From the NCBI GenBank assembly GCA_017457005.1, contig JAFTII010000020.1:117-64116 (forward strand): a stretch of DNA of 64,000 bases, given 5' to 3'. The notes below the pieces were generated by a model that saw only the letters and a program-made list of their open reading frames with translations, was not told the DNA's origin and ran no database searches. Below are positions 27,382 to 36,864 of this stretch, in pieces; positions within the stretch are counted from its first letter, which is position 1; every line of letters starts with the position of its first letter. The position numbers were made by a program, and so were the translations under genes. Origin of the DNA: Alphaproteobacteria bacterium. Lineage in GTDB: Bacteria; Pseudomonadota; Alphaproteobacteria; RF32; CAG-239.

Positions 27382-29020
27382 ATAAAAAACTTCCGATATT
27401 TATAATTATTAGCAACAACCCCAAAAACAAAAAAACAATCCAACTTTTCAGACCATCATTTTGTTTGGCACGTAAAAAAGACACTCCTTTTGATGTAAAT
27501 TGAGATAAATTACCGATAAGACTACGCTCAATAACAACAACATCTACCAATACCCACATGATTCTACCTAAAAGTCTTAGAGGGGCGACTATAAAAGTAT
27601 TATAAAAATCTTTTAACAAATCACTGCTTTGAATAGCGGTATTATGGGCAAATAAATCTATAAATCTATTGGGAACAACTATCAACAAGATGATTAATCC
27701 ACCATAAACATAGCAATATTCCAACTTCAATATCGGCTTAGCATATAAAAAATATCCCATAATAATCGTGGCAACAACCGGAAAAACGCAGGATGATATT
27801 TTTTGGGAGAATACAATGTTATCGGAAGGTGTGTTATTATATAGCCCCCGTAAAATAATTATAAATGCAATACCCAATAAAGATGCACAAATATAATTCA
27901 AAGGATAGACCAGAACCGATAAAATTATTGTGACCGATAAAGAAACAATAACTAATGACATAAAAATTTCAGTTTTATGATTTTTCCAATATAGACGGCT
28001 TGAAGATAACATAATATTTTTACGGTTTGTATCCGCAGGATATAAGCAAATATCCAACACCATCAGCAAAGGAAGCAACCTAATCACAAGATATATATTG
28101 TCAGCTGAATTGCAAAGCAAATAGATTGCCATACTGAAAAAAAGCATATTCATATATAAAATTTTTGCACTAAGGCTATCTCGCCAACAAATCCCTATCA
28201 GACTCCACAAAACAGATAAAATTACAAAGGTAAGTATCAGTACCTTAGCAAAATTTGACTGAAAGATTAACGGACTTAGCTTGCTGAAAATAATCAGTCC
28301 TGACAATGGAGATGATAAAAGAGACAGGCTCAAGATTCTATTAAAACTTATATTTTGCAATTCCAGGATATAATTTTGAAATAAAAACATACCACACTTT
28401 ATAAAAACACCGCATAATATTAGCAATAAAACAAGGTCTTGGTGTTTTAATGTTTTTCCATATTCCGATAAATTTACAATGTTAATCTTTGCAAACTGAG
28501 AATAAACTATTGCCAAAGCCGTGAATATGCTCATTTCTGCAATATACGAATAAAAAATATAGTGTTTTTTTACATCCGAATCGCTAATCAGGTAAAAACC
28601 GAGAATCGAGATACACCCTGCACCAACCATCAGTTGAATAAAATTTTGTGCAGAAATGAGAATTACAAGAGCGCAAAATTGATATAACACAATACAACCA
28701 GCAGATAGCGGATGTTCATCAGAATAAATTGGCATCGCATTTAAGTATAATATAACCAAGAGAATCGGCAACAAACAGATTATGGCTGAAATAATATGTT
28801 CGCTTCCGCCGAGGATAAAGTCCGTATATAAACTGGGGTAAGCCATCCACTTGAAGCCGGACACCTGATTTTTAAGCACTGATATATCAGGAAAAACATA
28901 TACTATCAAAGCAAATACAGATAATAAGAGCAACCAATTCCAAAAATTGCGCCGTCTATAAGGAACAAGTTTGAATATGATTGATAAAACTAATATTGCA
29001 CTCAAAAACTGAAGAATCAT
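27374..29020 (-). CDS. NuoL-like antiporter-type membrane subunit (highly divergent)
   Basis: Multi-TM protein of 548 aa, positioned upstream of the M- and N-like genes. NFIQLMVGAGCISILGFYLI aligns to NLLLMYLGWEGVGLCSYLLI with the WEG lost. Confidence 0.6.
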   Translation of the reverse strand: MILQFLSAILVLSIIFKLVPYRRRNFWNWLLLLSVFALIVYVFPDISVLKNQVSGFKWMAYPSLYTDFILGGSEHIISAIICLLPILLVILYLNAMPIYSDEHPLSAGCIVLYQFCALVILISAQNFIQLMVGAGCISILGFYLISDSDVKKHYIFYSYIAEMSIFTALAIVYSQFAKINIVNLSEYGKTLKHQDLVLLLILCGVFIKCGMFLFQNYILELQNISFNRILSLSLLSSPLSGLIIFSKLSPLIFQSNFAKVLILTFVILSVLWSLIGICWRDSLSAKILYMNMLFFSMAIYLLCNSADNIYLVIRLLPLLMVLDICLYPADTNRKNIMLSSSRLYWKNHKTEIFMSLVIVSLSVTIILSVLVYPLNYICASLLGIAFIIILRGLYNNTPSDNIVFSQKISSCVFPVVATIIMGYFLYAKPILKLEYCYVYGGLIILLIVVPNRFIDLFAHNTAIQSSDLLKDFYNTFIVAPLRLLGRIMWVLVDVVVIERSLIGNLSQFTSKGVSFLRAKQNDGLKSWIVFLFLGLLLIIINIGSFLYE

Positions 29021-29052
29021 AGCTTTTTCCTTAATGGTTTAGGTCAATATAA

Positions 29053-29080
29053 CAAAAAATAAGGGCTTTTAAAGCCCTTA
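29053..29080 (-). terminator. intrinsic terminator
   Basis: Stem aagggctt/aagccctt with a minus-strand T-run. Confidence 0.6.
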
Positions 29081-29111
29081 TTTAAGTTTCCGAATCATTA
29101 ATGTGTATAAT

Positions 29112-29462
29112 TTAACTCAAAACAGCCTTGAGATCTCTTACAATACGCACGGGAACCATATATTCACGTGCGACTTCATCGCCATCTATTTCGGCAACTA
29201 ATATTTCATCCACAATTTTCAACGGGTTGCGTGCTTCAATATTTATATTACCCAAGAAAACCGAACTTTCCCGGCTACGATAAAGCAATGCAGTTTCTCC
29301 GCCATCATATACAAAGCGAGGATTTTCAGGGCCTCCACGGCGTTGTCTGATTATAACCAAGATTTCGCCGGCAGCATTTTGTAAGATGTCATAAGTACCT
29401 TCTGTACCATCATTAATGTTCAAATCTTTATCCATAGCAACCTCTTCAGGAGTATTATTCAT
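29112..29462 (-). CDS. hypothetical soluble protein (116 aa)
   Basis: Intact ORF with a downstream terminator. No TM helix, so not NuoK-like. Confidence 0.55.
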   Translation of the reverse strand: MNNTPEEVAMDKDLNINDGTEGTYDILQNAAGEILVIIRQRRGGPENPRFVYDGGETALLYRSRESSVFLGNINIEARNPLKIVDEILVAEIDGDEVAREYMVPVRIVRDLKAVLS

Positions 29463-29544
29463 TCAAATTTGAGCTAATATTAGCACATAATTGTTAACAA
29501 ATATACTACATTTTTTATTTTTTTTACTTTTTTTATTTTTTTAG

Positions 29545-29573
29545 TTGACTTACATTTTAATATCTTTTATACA
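29545..29573 (+). promoter_or_regulatory. promoter TTGACT-N17-TATACA for tRNA-Lys
   Basis: Read directly, about 20 nt upstream of the tRNA. Confidence 0.5.
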
Positions 29574-29592
29574 TACCTCGTCCTTTTGATAT

Positions 29593-29668
29593 GGGCTCGT
29601 AGCTCAGTCGGTAGAGCATTTGACTTTTAATCAAAGGGTCGGCGGTTCGAACCCGCCCGAGCTCACCA
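29593..29668 (+). tRNA. tRNA-Lys (UUU)
   Basis: Acceptor GGGCTCG/CGAGCTC, anticodon arm TTTGA-CTTTTAA-TCAAA, T arm GGCGG-TTCGAAC-CCGCC, encoded CCA. Confidence 0.95.
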
Positions 29669-29670
29669 AT

Positions 29671-29705
29671 AAAAAAAACCTCCCCGCGTGGGAGGTTTTT
29701 TTATT
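29671..29705 (+). terminator. intrinsic terminator after tRNA-Lys
   Basis: Stem aacctccc/gggaggtt, then a T-run. Confidence 0.75.
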
Positions 29706-30040
29706 GCATGAGATAGAGGGGTTTGAAACGCCGAGACGGCGGTTTGACTACAAGACAAAGGCGGACCATGGCCGCGAACTGTTATTTTCATAATACGGCT
29801 TGTCCGGAATATCCTTTATAATATACTGCTCTTAATTACAAAAAATTCCGTCTATAGCGCTTTATTTACTATTGTATATCACTCCAAATTATGCTATAAT
29901 AACCTTGTTACCCGAATTATTATAGATGCTTTATGTTGTGTTTTCATTGTTTTATGGTTTTTGCCATTACTTTGAGAATATCGTGCTTTGTAATGGGTTC
30001 GGGTTAATTTGAATTATTAACCAAAAAAAAATAATAAACA

Positions 30041-30367
30041 ATGAAAACATTTTGTGTGATTACAGCCATTGTGCTTGCATCTATCTGGGTAGCTAGGTTT
30101 GTAGCCTTCTGCCTCTTTACCGTAAACACATTTAGAACAGATCGCTCCGGTGTTATATTTAGACGCTGGAATACAAAGGAAAGAAAAGCAATCAAGGGAA
30201 AAACACTCTCTTGGAATGTATTTTGGAATGGTTGCTTCAAATTTATGAAGTCCAAACCCGAAAAGTTTCTGTATCTGATTACCGGTGCGCCTATCTGGGG
30301 ATTCCTACTGTATATGGTAATAGAATCTATTATCATTGTAGGAAAGAAAATCTGCAACTGGCTGTAA
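30041..30367 (+). CDS. small membrane protein (108 aa), uncertain
   Basis: Hydrophobic N- and C-terminal helices, followed by hairpin 30375-30411. An equally long ORF lies on the opposite strand. Confidence 0.35.
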   Translation: MKTFCVITAIVLASIWVARFVAFCLFTVNTFRTDRSGVIFRRWNTKERKAIKGKTLSWNVFWNGCFKFMKSKPEKFLYLITGAPIWGFLLYMVIESIIIVGKKICNWL

Positions 30368-30499
30368 AAATTAGAACCCCCTAAGTTTGTGATAAACACA
30401 TCTTAGGGGTTTCTTGCATCCGAAAAACATATAAAAAACATATTGCCTATTTTATAAATAAGTTATACAAATTTTATATTGATTGTAGGGAGATAAAAT

Positions 30500-30970
30500 A
30501 TGGCAAAAGAAATTGAGCGCAAGTTTTTAGTGGTTGGTGATGATTGGCGTAAATTAGCCAAAGGCACACATTATCGCCAAGGGTACCTTAATAGTGTCAA
30601 AGAAAGAACCGTACGCATTCGCACAATTGATGATAAAGCTTTTTTGACCGTAAAAGGTCCTAATATCGGAATTACACGTATGGAATTTGAATATGAAATT
30701 CCGCATAAAGAATGTCTTGAAATGCTGACAAATCTTGCAGAACAACCAATTATTGAAAAAATACGTTATAAAATCGCCATAGATGATTTGGTATGGGAAA
30801 TTGACGAATTCTTGGGTGTTAATAAAGGTTTGATCGTGGCAGAAGTTGAACTCCAAAATGAAGAACAAAAATTTAGCAAACCGGAATGGATCGGAGAAGA
30901 AGTTTCCGGTGATCCGAGATATTTTAATTCTAATTTAGTTAAACATCCCTACACTTCTTGGGAAAAATAA
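30500..30970 (+). CDS. CYTH domain protein (triphosphate tunnel metalloenzyme)
   Basis: N-terminal EIERKFLV (ExExK), RIRT, LTVKG, and a length of about 156 aa. Confidence 0.85.
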   Translation: MAKEIERKFLVVGDDWRKLAKGTHYRQGYLNSVKERTVRIRTIDDKAFLTVKGPNIGITRMEFEYEIPHKECLEMLTNLAEQPIIEKIRYKIAIDDLVWEIDEFLGVNKGLIVAEVELQNEEQKFSKPEWIGEEVSGDPRYFNSNLVKHPYTSWEK

Positions 30971-31002
30971 ATTTTAATCGGCAAATTCGGGAGTATTGTA
31001 TA

Positions 31003-31638
31003 ATGGCAGATGTTTTTGCAAAAAATTCGGCTTTATCAGTAGAAGAAGCCGCAAAATTAACACCACGTGCAGAATTTCGGGTCTTTGGTAAAGACATTAT
31101 TGAAAAAGTCAAAGAAAATATGTGGGAATGTAAGGCTGTGCTTTATAAAGCCAGAACAATGCCGGCAGAAACTTATATATTGTCAAAAAACACTAATGAG
31201 GCAAACATTAAAGTCCGTGACGGCTTGTTGGATATCAAAACTAAAGTCGGAGAAACTCCGGAAGGGTATGAAATTTTTCAACCGCGCGGAAAATTTACAT
31301 TTCCGGTTAAACGAGATGAGCTGACAATAATCTTAAAAAATCTCCAAACAGAAATAAACTTAAACCAAGAAGAATATACGCTTGATGAATTTTATGAAAT
31401 AGCCCGAAATCATAAGGATCTGACATTAGTAACCGTGGAGAAAAAACGTTTTGGATTTTCGGTTAATGATGTGATTTGTGAATACGCATACGTTTGGATG
31501 AATGGCGCATTGGTTGAGACAGCTTGTTGCGAAAGCGAAGATTACAGCAAAATGAAAAGTGCAATTGAAGCACTGGGAATATCTGAACTTCCTAATACCA
31601 ATTACTTAAAAGCCGCTAAAAAAGTTGTAGGGTTTTAA
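31003..31638 (+). CDS. hypothetical protein (211 aa)
   Basis: RBS gggag upstream of the internal Met. Immediately downstream of the CYTH gene. Only weak resemblance to a beta-rich CYTH-like fold. Confidence 0.55.
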   Translation: MADVFAKNSALSVEEAAKLTPRAEFRVFGKDIIEKVKENMWECKAVLYKARTMPAETYILSKNTNEANIKVRDGLLDIKTKVGETPEGYEIFQPRGKFTFPVKRDELTIILKNLQTEINLNQEEYTLDEFYEIARNHKDLTLVTVEKKRFGFSVNDVICEYAYVWMNGALVETACCESEDYSKMKSAIEALGISELPNTNYLKAAKKVVGF

Positions 31639-31644
31639 GACAAT

Positions 31645-32511
31645 TTACCGTCCGAAAGATTTGCCGTTTGTGTATTTGAGGTAATTTGAAGATTTAGGTT
31701 GATAAAAATTGTTTATGCCATTTTGTTGAGCTAAATCTGCTGTTTCTGTAAATTTATTTCCTAACTGTGAAGCGGCATGAGCATCATCACTGAGCAAAAC
31801 AGGTATGTTTTCTTGTGCCAACATTTGCATTATACGTCTGCTCGGATATGGTTCATCTCCAAACTTATAGTAGCTGGTGTTTAACTCAACCATAAGTCCT
31901 GATTGTTTTATGACTTTTATAGTTTCTGCCTCTTCTTTTGCCCAGACTTCCTCCTGCCCCAGCCCGACCTTTTTCATTAAATCAAGATGAGCCATAAATG
32001 TAAACAGGCCTGATTGGGCAGCGGCACGCTCATTTTGCCAATAACGGTGCAAAAGTTGATTTTGTTCCGGTTTAGATGCGTTTTTTACGTCATGAGAATT
32101 ATAGAGAGTATTATTATGTAAGATAAAATGAGCTGCACCTATTAAATAATCAGGTTTAAGGTGTTTTATGGCTTTACCAAACCCCTCTTGCCATTCCGGA
32201 GTGGCAAAATAATCAACCTCCATACCTTTTAAGATTTTAATATCAGATGTTTTACGAAGCTCATCTATTTTTTGATAATGAGATTCAAATTTAGCGATTA
32301 CTTCGTCAAATGATGATGAATAGATATTATTGTATCCTCCTTTAAGCGCATATTGATACATCGGAGCTTCTTTTATTTGAGAGTGTACAATAAAATGGTT
32401 AGAAAAACCGATATGGCTCCAACCTAATTCCGTTGCTCGGACAAGCATTTCTTCTTCAGAATTATGCCCATCAAAACCTATGGTATGAGTATGTAAAGAA
32501 AACTTTTGCAT
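31645..32511 (-). CDS. PHP-family histidinol-phosphatase-like protein
   Basis: N-terminal LHTHT..FDGH, GFSNH, and later H/D metal ligands (AHLD, DDAH). Confidence 0.75.
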   Translation of the reverse strand: MQKFSLHTHTIGFDGHNSEEEMLVRATELGWSHIGFSNHFIVHSQIKEAPMYQYALKGGYNNIYSSSFDEVIAKFESHYQKIDELRKTSDIKILKGMEVDYFATPEWQEGFGKAIKHLKPDYLIGAAHFILHNNTLYNSHDVKNASKPEQNQLLHRYWQNERAAAQSGLFTFMAHLDLMKKVGLGQEEVWAKEEAETIKVIKQSGLMVELNTSYYKFGDEPYPSRRIMQMLAQENIPVLLSDDAHAASQLGNKFTETADLAQQNGINNFYQPKSSNYLKYTNGKSFGR

Positions 32512-32944
32512 TTAGTACCTCTTAGTTAAGATTTAATTATATATTAAATCTCAAAATTGACAAGCTCTTCTTGCCGTAAACCATTTGCCTTTAGCTAAGT
32601 TACATGTTTTTTCATTAACTATACATGGTTTATCTTCTAAGCATTTATCCAGCAAGACACCTTCATTACAAAAGCCTGTGTCCAGACAGTCCGGTTTATG
32701 TAGATAAAAAATAAATTTATTACCATGTAAAACAATGTGTTTTTTATAAAAAAATCACTAAACATATTAGAGACAGCCTCACTAATAAAATAATAATTTT
32801 ATAATAATAAACTATAGTTATTATTTCAACATAATTATCTACCGTACCATTTTTTGTATTTTTCCTCGTCTAATAATTTAGGCTTAAATCTTGAACATGC
32901 TTCTTGAGAGGTATTATACATATTGCTATCTGCACGATTTATGC

Positions 32945-33421
32945 TTATACGATTATTTGCCATTTTCCGGTTTTGATAAGATAGGCAATACGTTGAGCTC
33001 GTTTGCCGGTTTGTTTGGCATAATTGCTGTTTAAACATTCCGCAGCAGCATGTTGATACATACATTGCGATAAATATCCCAGCATATTTTTGAACTTCAA
33101 AAGACCATTGATACCCAAATTAAAGGCCATATCTACCAGCGCATATTGACGTTCATCATCTAAAGCTTCAAAAAAAAGAATGCTCTGTTTGCATTCTTTA
33201 ACAATTCTTCTGATATCTCGTCTCAGCAAATAATTGGCGCCTTCTGTAGTTATACCGTGGTGCCAGTCCCCCAAAACTTTAGTTTCTTCCTCTGTAATCG
33301 GGTGGGCATCTAAATTATGCCCCACCCCTATAGTCTGTTTGCCTCTGGTACAATAATAGGGCTTCAAACGAAGCCCCTCATGAAAATGTAGTCTTTTGAC
33401 TGCGGTATTAATGTCTATCAT
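32945..33421 (-). CDS. phage lysozyme (GH24-type endolysin)
   Basis: HFHEGLRLKPYYCTRGKQTIGVGHNL matches the EG.rl..Y.d..G..TIG.GH catalytic block. Confidence 0.9.
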   Translation of the reverse strand: MIDINTAVKRLHFHEGLRLKPYYCTRGKQTIGVGHNLDAHPITEEETKVLGDWHHGITTEGANYLLRRDIRRIVKECKQSILFFEALDDERQYALVDMAFNLGINGLLKFKNMLGYLSQCMYQHAAAECLNSNYAKQTGKRAQRIAYLIKTGKWQIIV

Positions 33422-33660
33422 TTGTGTCTGTCCATAATCAGGTGATAAATATCTTTTACATCTTTGCAGGTTTCTGAACTTTGCGCTAACAAGGTATCCA
33501 GCTTGATTTCTATGGCTGATACCTTATACTCACATCCGGCAACTCGTTCTTCTAAGTTTATAACTCGCGGATTTAAGGTCAGTAAAAGTTGAATAAAACT
33601 GCATATTGAAAAGATAACTATCAATACCCAAGTAATGTTTTTGATTCTATCTATCATCAT
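33418..33660 (-). CDS. small single-TM phage protein, holin candidate
   Basis: 80 aa with TM helix WVLIVIFSICSFIQLLLTL. Its stop overlaps the endolysin start. Confidence 0.45.
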   Translation of the reverse strand: MMIDRIKNITWVLIVIFSICSFIQLLLTLNPRVINLEERVAGCEYKVSAIEIKLDTLLAQSSETCKDVKDIYHLIMDRHK

Positions 33661-33997
33661 TTTCCTCCATTACAGGTTTGGGAAATTGTGATTTAATGGC
33701 AGTTATGGTTTCTTGCCAATTATGAGTATTATTAATTTTATCCCAATAAATCATATCAAGTTGTTCGCTCAAGGGCGGATATGCTCGTTGGCGTTGCTCA
33801 ATATAACTTGGTGGATTTTGCGGAAGTACACGGTATTGACGGTATAAATATTCCGTTCCATCAACAGATGTTCGGATTGAAGGAACTTCTTCTACAATCT
33901 GATAATGATTATTAGTCGCAAACTGCCAATAAATATCATATTTTTCTGCCCCAAAAACATCTCCTAATTTGGGGGTAAATATAATTTCATCGCTCAT
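33647..33997 (-). CDS. phage hypothetical protein (116 aa)
   Basis: Translationally coupled within the tail/lysis string. Confidence 0.5.
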   Translation of the reverse strand: MSDEIIFTPKLGDVFGAEKYDIYWQFATNNHYQIVEEVPSIRTSVDGTEYLYRQYRVLPQNPPSYIEQRQRAYPPLSEQLDMIYWDKINNTHNWQETITAIKSQFPKPVMEENDDR

Positions 33998-33999
33998 GT

Positions 34000-35364
34000 T
34001 TATACTCCTTGTCCGTCAGCAACCCAATCAACACTACCGGCTCCGGCAGAAAAACCGGTTGTGGTTTTGTTGTTGCCGTTTATTAGTGTATAACCGGAAT
34101 TTGAGTATGGTTTAAGAAAAGTTACGGTTCCGCTTTGAGAATAACCTCCCTGACGCAACCGCTTACTATGATACAGCTCATACCATTGATTTCCGGATGT
34201 GCCTCGTTCAATGATATAATCTTGAATATTGGCATAATCATTATAATCAGCCGCCCTGAAAGTCATCTTAGAAGCAAAGCTATCTATCTTATCATTGCTG
34301 ACATGGGCTGATATAGGACATATACGTTTTCTGATATTCCAGTTATTATTTAAATATTCTTCTAAGGTGTTATTTGTTCTATTAAACCATATAGTATAAT
34401 TTGCCGGATTTTGCGGGCGATCTTTTTGATCAACATAAGCTGCATAATAATCGCTAAATGTTCCGGAATCCCCTATTACCGGATATACGTTTCTGGTTCC
34501 GCCCATGCTTTGTAAGGTTACATTATTAATTGTAAACTCGCAATTATTAAAACTACCGTCAGCATTTCTGCCATTTGCTATTAAACCTTTAACACCCGGC
34601 AAAGCAAAGACCATTGAGCCGATATAGCCAAATCCGTTAAATATATGTTCTACAGAAATGATAGTACCAGAAGATGAAGTTTTTATAACAGCTATCGGAA
34701 AAGAACCATTGCTCCACCTTAATACGCCTTGACTGTAAAAACTGACAATATTATCCTCTGTATTGTAGTTAACACCACTTGAAGGAAGCTCTGTATCAGA
34801 AAAAATCACATTTGTAGATACTGCCGTAAAACCTCCGTCTCCGGTAATAAACATAACTAATGTTGCTTCGGTCGTAATCGGACTGGTATAAATTCTGTCA
34901 GTGCTAACTATATATTCGGCAAATTTTAAATTATCTTCGGCATCTCTTCCGGAAGGAATATATAGCTTACTACCTGACTTCAAAATTATAGAGCCGTTAT
35001 TAAATTCTAACCTGATGTCTTGCGGTATTTCGGTTATGCAATTGGTAATATGAGTTTGATTAATCTTATCATTTGCATAGTGTTTGGATAATTCCGCATA
35101 ATCAGCCGATTGCTTGGCAGCCTCCGAACTCTGAATGGCTAAAGGGTTCATAACATCTTTAACCGTTTGTAAAATTACAGGTTTGGCAATGTTGTCGGTA
35201 TAATTCATTATATCAGGTTTACTGATATTGTTTACATAGTCATTGATTTCCTGCTTGCCTGATCGTATATGCTTTATTGCAATATCTAAATCCAATTGAA
35301 CTTCATCTTGCCAATATAGCTCTATTGTTGAACTGTCATCTATGTTTGTTGATATGATTTCCAT
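34000..35364 (-). CDS. putative tail fibre / receptor-binding protein (454 aa)
   Basis: Position downstream of the collar-domain fibre gene. Ser/Thr/Asn/Gly-rich, beta-rich composition. Confidence 0.5.
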   Translation of the reverse strand: MEIISTNIDDSSTIELYWQDEVQLDLDIAIKHIRSGKQEINDYVNNISKPDIMNYTDNIAKPVILQTVKDVMNPLAIQSSEAAKQSADYAELSKHYANDKINQTHITNCITEIPQDIRLEFNNGSIILKSGSKLYIPSGRDAEDNLKFAEYIVSTDRIYTSPITTEATLVMFITGDGGFTAVSTNVIFSDTELPSSGVNYNTEDNIVSFYSQGVLRWSNGSFPIAVIKTSSSGTIISVEHIFNGFGYIGSMVFALPGVKGLIANGRNADGSFNNCEFTINNVTLQSMGGTRNVYPVIGDSGTFSDYYAAYVDQKDRPQNPANYTIWFNRTNNTLEEYLNNNWNIRKRICPISAHVSNDKIDSFASKMTFRAADYNDYANIQDYIIERGTSGNQWYELYHSKRLRQGGYSQSGTVTFLKPYSNSGYTLINGNNKTTTGFSAGAGSVDWVADGQGV

Positions 35365-35368
35365 CTTA

Positions 35369-35725
35369 TTACCTCGTTACCTGCTCTGTTATTCTGAATA
35401 CGCCTATCTTATTTATATTTGTAGGAAAGATTGTGTTTATGGCGCCATCAGGCAAAACCAATTCAATATCTACTTTATAATCGCCTACCGGAATGTTGGT
35501 ATCTTGAGGAGTTAAAATAAAAACCATTTTACCGGTGTCAGTTTCTGCATTGAGTGCTGTTTTATCAATAAGCAAGTTATCTTCATAATCTCTGACCTGC
35601 ATACGCAGCGATGAGCCTTGCATATCAAAATCATGATGTGATTTTTTTATTTGAACAATTATATTAAAACTATCCCCTTGTCTGACTTCAATAAGATTTG
35701 AATGTGCAACTATTCTACCGCTCAT
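35369..35725 (-). CDS. phage structural protein, Ig-like (118 aa)
   Basis: VRQGDSFNIIV...GDYKVDIELV pattern, reminiscent of BppU-N/Ig-like phage domains. Weak call. Confidence 0.45.
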   Translation of the reverse strand: MSGRIVAHSNLIEVRQGDSFNIIVQIKKSHHDFDMQGSSLRMQVRDYEDNLLIDKTALNAETDTGKMVFILTPQDTNIPVGDYKVDIELVLPDGAINTIFPTNINKIGVFRITEQVTR

Positions 35726-35727
35726 AA

Positions 35728-36504
35728 TTAGCTCTCCAATTTGATTTTAATAAAATAATTAACTGCTTGGTTAATAGGAGTAACATGCGTACTTGCTCCA
35801 TATATGGGATTGGATAATGAGGCCTTAAAACCGGTTCCGTTGCAACTCTGATTGTGGCTATCGGAATTTTTACCCATAGTGGTTGTTGTCAGATCATAAA
35901 ATGCTCCGGTAACAGTTGAATTGTTTTCATATCTCATCGGAAGGAATGTACCTTTAATATCCGGTAATCCTTCTGCTTGAGTTGAATAAATATCAGAAGC
36001 CGAATTTCCGCCCAACCCTCTTAAAAATTTTCCGCGATAATCAGGAAGATTAAAAGTTGTTGTTCCGTCTCCGGCACCAAATTTGGTTCCTATCAAAGCA
36101 AATAATTCCGAATATGTTGTTCGGCTTACGGCTTGCCCGTTGCATAAGAACCAATTGCCATGGTTGGATGTTTGTACGGAGGCTTTAATATCTCCTAACT
36201 TTTCCGATGAATTGATGATATTCTTAATTGTTGATTGAAGAGAAGATACGGCATCATTTAATTGTTGCAAATTAGTGGCTTCCGTTTGTGCTGTTGCTTT
36301 AGCCAAATTTTTTAATTTAAATCCGGCAATGTTTATATCCCCTTTCATTGCAACTCTTCCATCACGTAAAAAAGTCTGACTCAAGCCATCGGCAAAGTTG
36401 TCGTCTTCTTCATCATGGTGATCCGTAACAATTTCTATATCATTTATTCTATCATCTTCCCAATTATGAATACGGGTAAAATTTCCACCACTATCAAATG
36501 GCAT
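35728..36504 (-). CDS. tail fibre protein with phage tail-collar domain
   Basis: WFLCNGQAVSRTTYSELFALIGTKFGAGDGTTTFNLPDYRGKFLRG. Start set at MPFDSGG, which has a perfect AGGAGA RBS. Confidence 0.8.
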   Translation of the reverse strand: MPFDSGGNFTRIHNWEDDRINDIEIVTDHHDEEDDNFADGLSQTFLRDGRVAMKGDINIAGFKLKNLAKATAQTEATNLQQLNDAVSSLQSTIKNIINSSEKLGDIKASVQTSNHGNWFLCNGQAVSRTTYSELFALIGTKFGAGDGTTTFNLPDYRGKFLRGLGGNSASDIYSTQAEGLPDIKGTFLPMRYENNSTVTGAFYDLTTTTMGKNSDSHNQSCNGTGFKASLSNPIYGASTHVTPINQAVNYFIKIKLES

Positions 36505-36527
36505 TTTATTTCTCCTATAAAAAATTT

Positions 36528-36755
36528 TTAATGACAAATATCCAATTCTTGCCGTAGTTTATCAATTCTCCCGATCCATTCCCAAGTATAAGGATAATCT
36601 TGATAATTAAGACGTTGTAATTCGTTGGCTACATTACTTCCGGCTATGGGATAGATCGGACAATAATTATAATTTTTCTGCGTACATGAGCTTAAGCAAA
36701 GCATCACGAGAAGCATTAGGACGAGAATGAATTTGCGATTTTTGTTGTGCAACAT
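36528..36755 (-). CDS. small lipoprotein (o-spanin-like or exclusion lipoprotein)
   Basis: Lipobox LCLSSC after a hydrophobic signal. Its start lies inside the upstream ORF in another frame. Confidence 0.45.
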   Translation of the reverse strand: MLHNKNRKFILVLMLLVMLCLSSCTQKNYNYCPIYPIAGSNVANELQRLNYQDYPYTWEWIGRIDKLRQELDICH

Positions 36756-36864
36756 GTTTTACTACCTCTGTTTGCTTGGCTATAATTTGAGTTTGAGAAT
36801 GCGAACGACCAAGCAAGTAACACAGAAGTAATATGAGTACCAAACCTACAATACGGATAATCAT
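36667..36864 (-). CDS. small N-terminal-TM protein (i-spanin-like)
   Basis: 65 aa with TM helix IVGLVLILLLCYLL, then a polar periplasmic-type tail. Overlaps the lipoprotein gene by 89 nt. Confidence 0.4.
   Translation of the reverse strand: MIIRIVGLVLILLLCYLLGRSHSQTQIIAKQTEVVKHVAQQKSQIHSRPNASRDALLKLMYAEKL

Noticed and set aside
30004-30399. Minus-strand ORF of 131 aa overlapping the plus-strand 108-aa ORF
   Set aside because: Both are low-confidence. The plus-strand ORF has clearer TM helices and a downstream hairpin, so only that one is listed, and with low confidence. The region may be non-coding.
32551-32757. Open minus-strand frame encoding a Cys-rich peptide (...HKPDCLDTGFCNEGVLLDKCLEDKPCIVNEKTCNLAKGKWFTARRACQF) between the PHP gene and the endolysin
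   Set aside because: The frame is open for 67 codons but contains no ATG, GTG or TTG start and no RBS. It may be a gene remnant at the prophage edge, but it cannot be supported as a CDS.
32835-33065. ORF 32835-33065 (-) overlapping the 3' end of the endolysin gene
   Set aside because: It is an alternate frame of the endolysin C-terminus plus the downstream spacer. It has no RBS and the endolysin call is secure.
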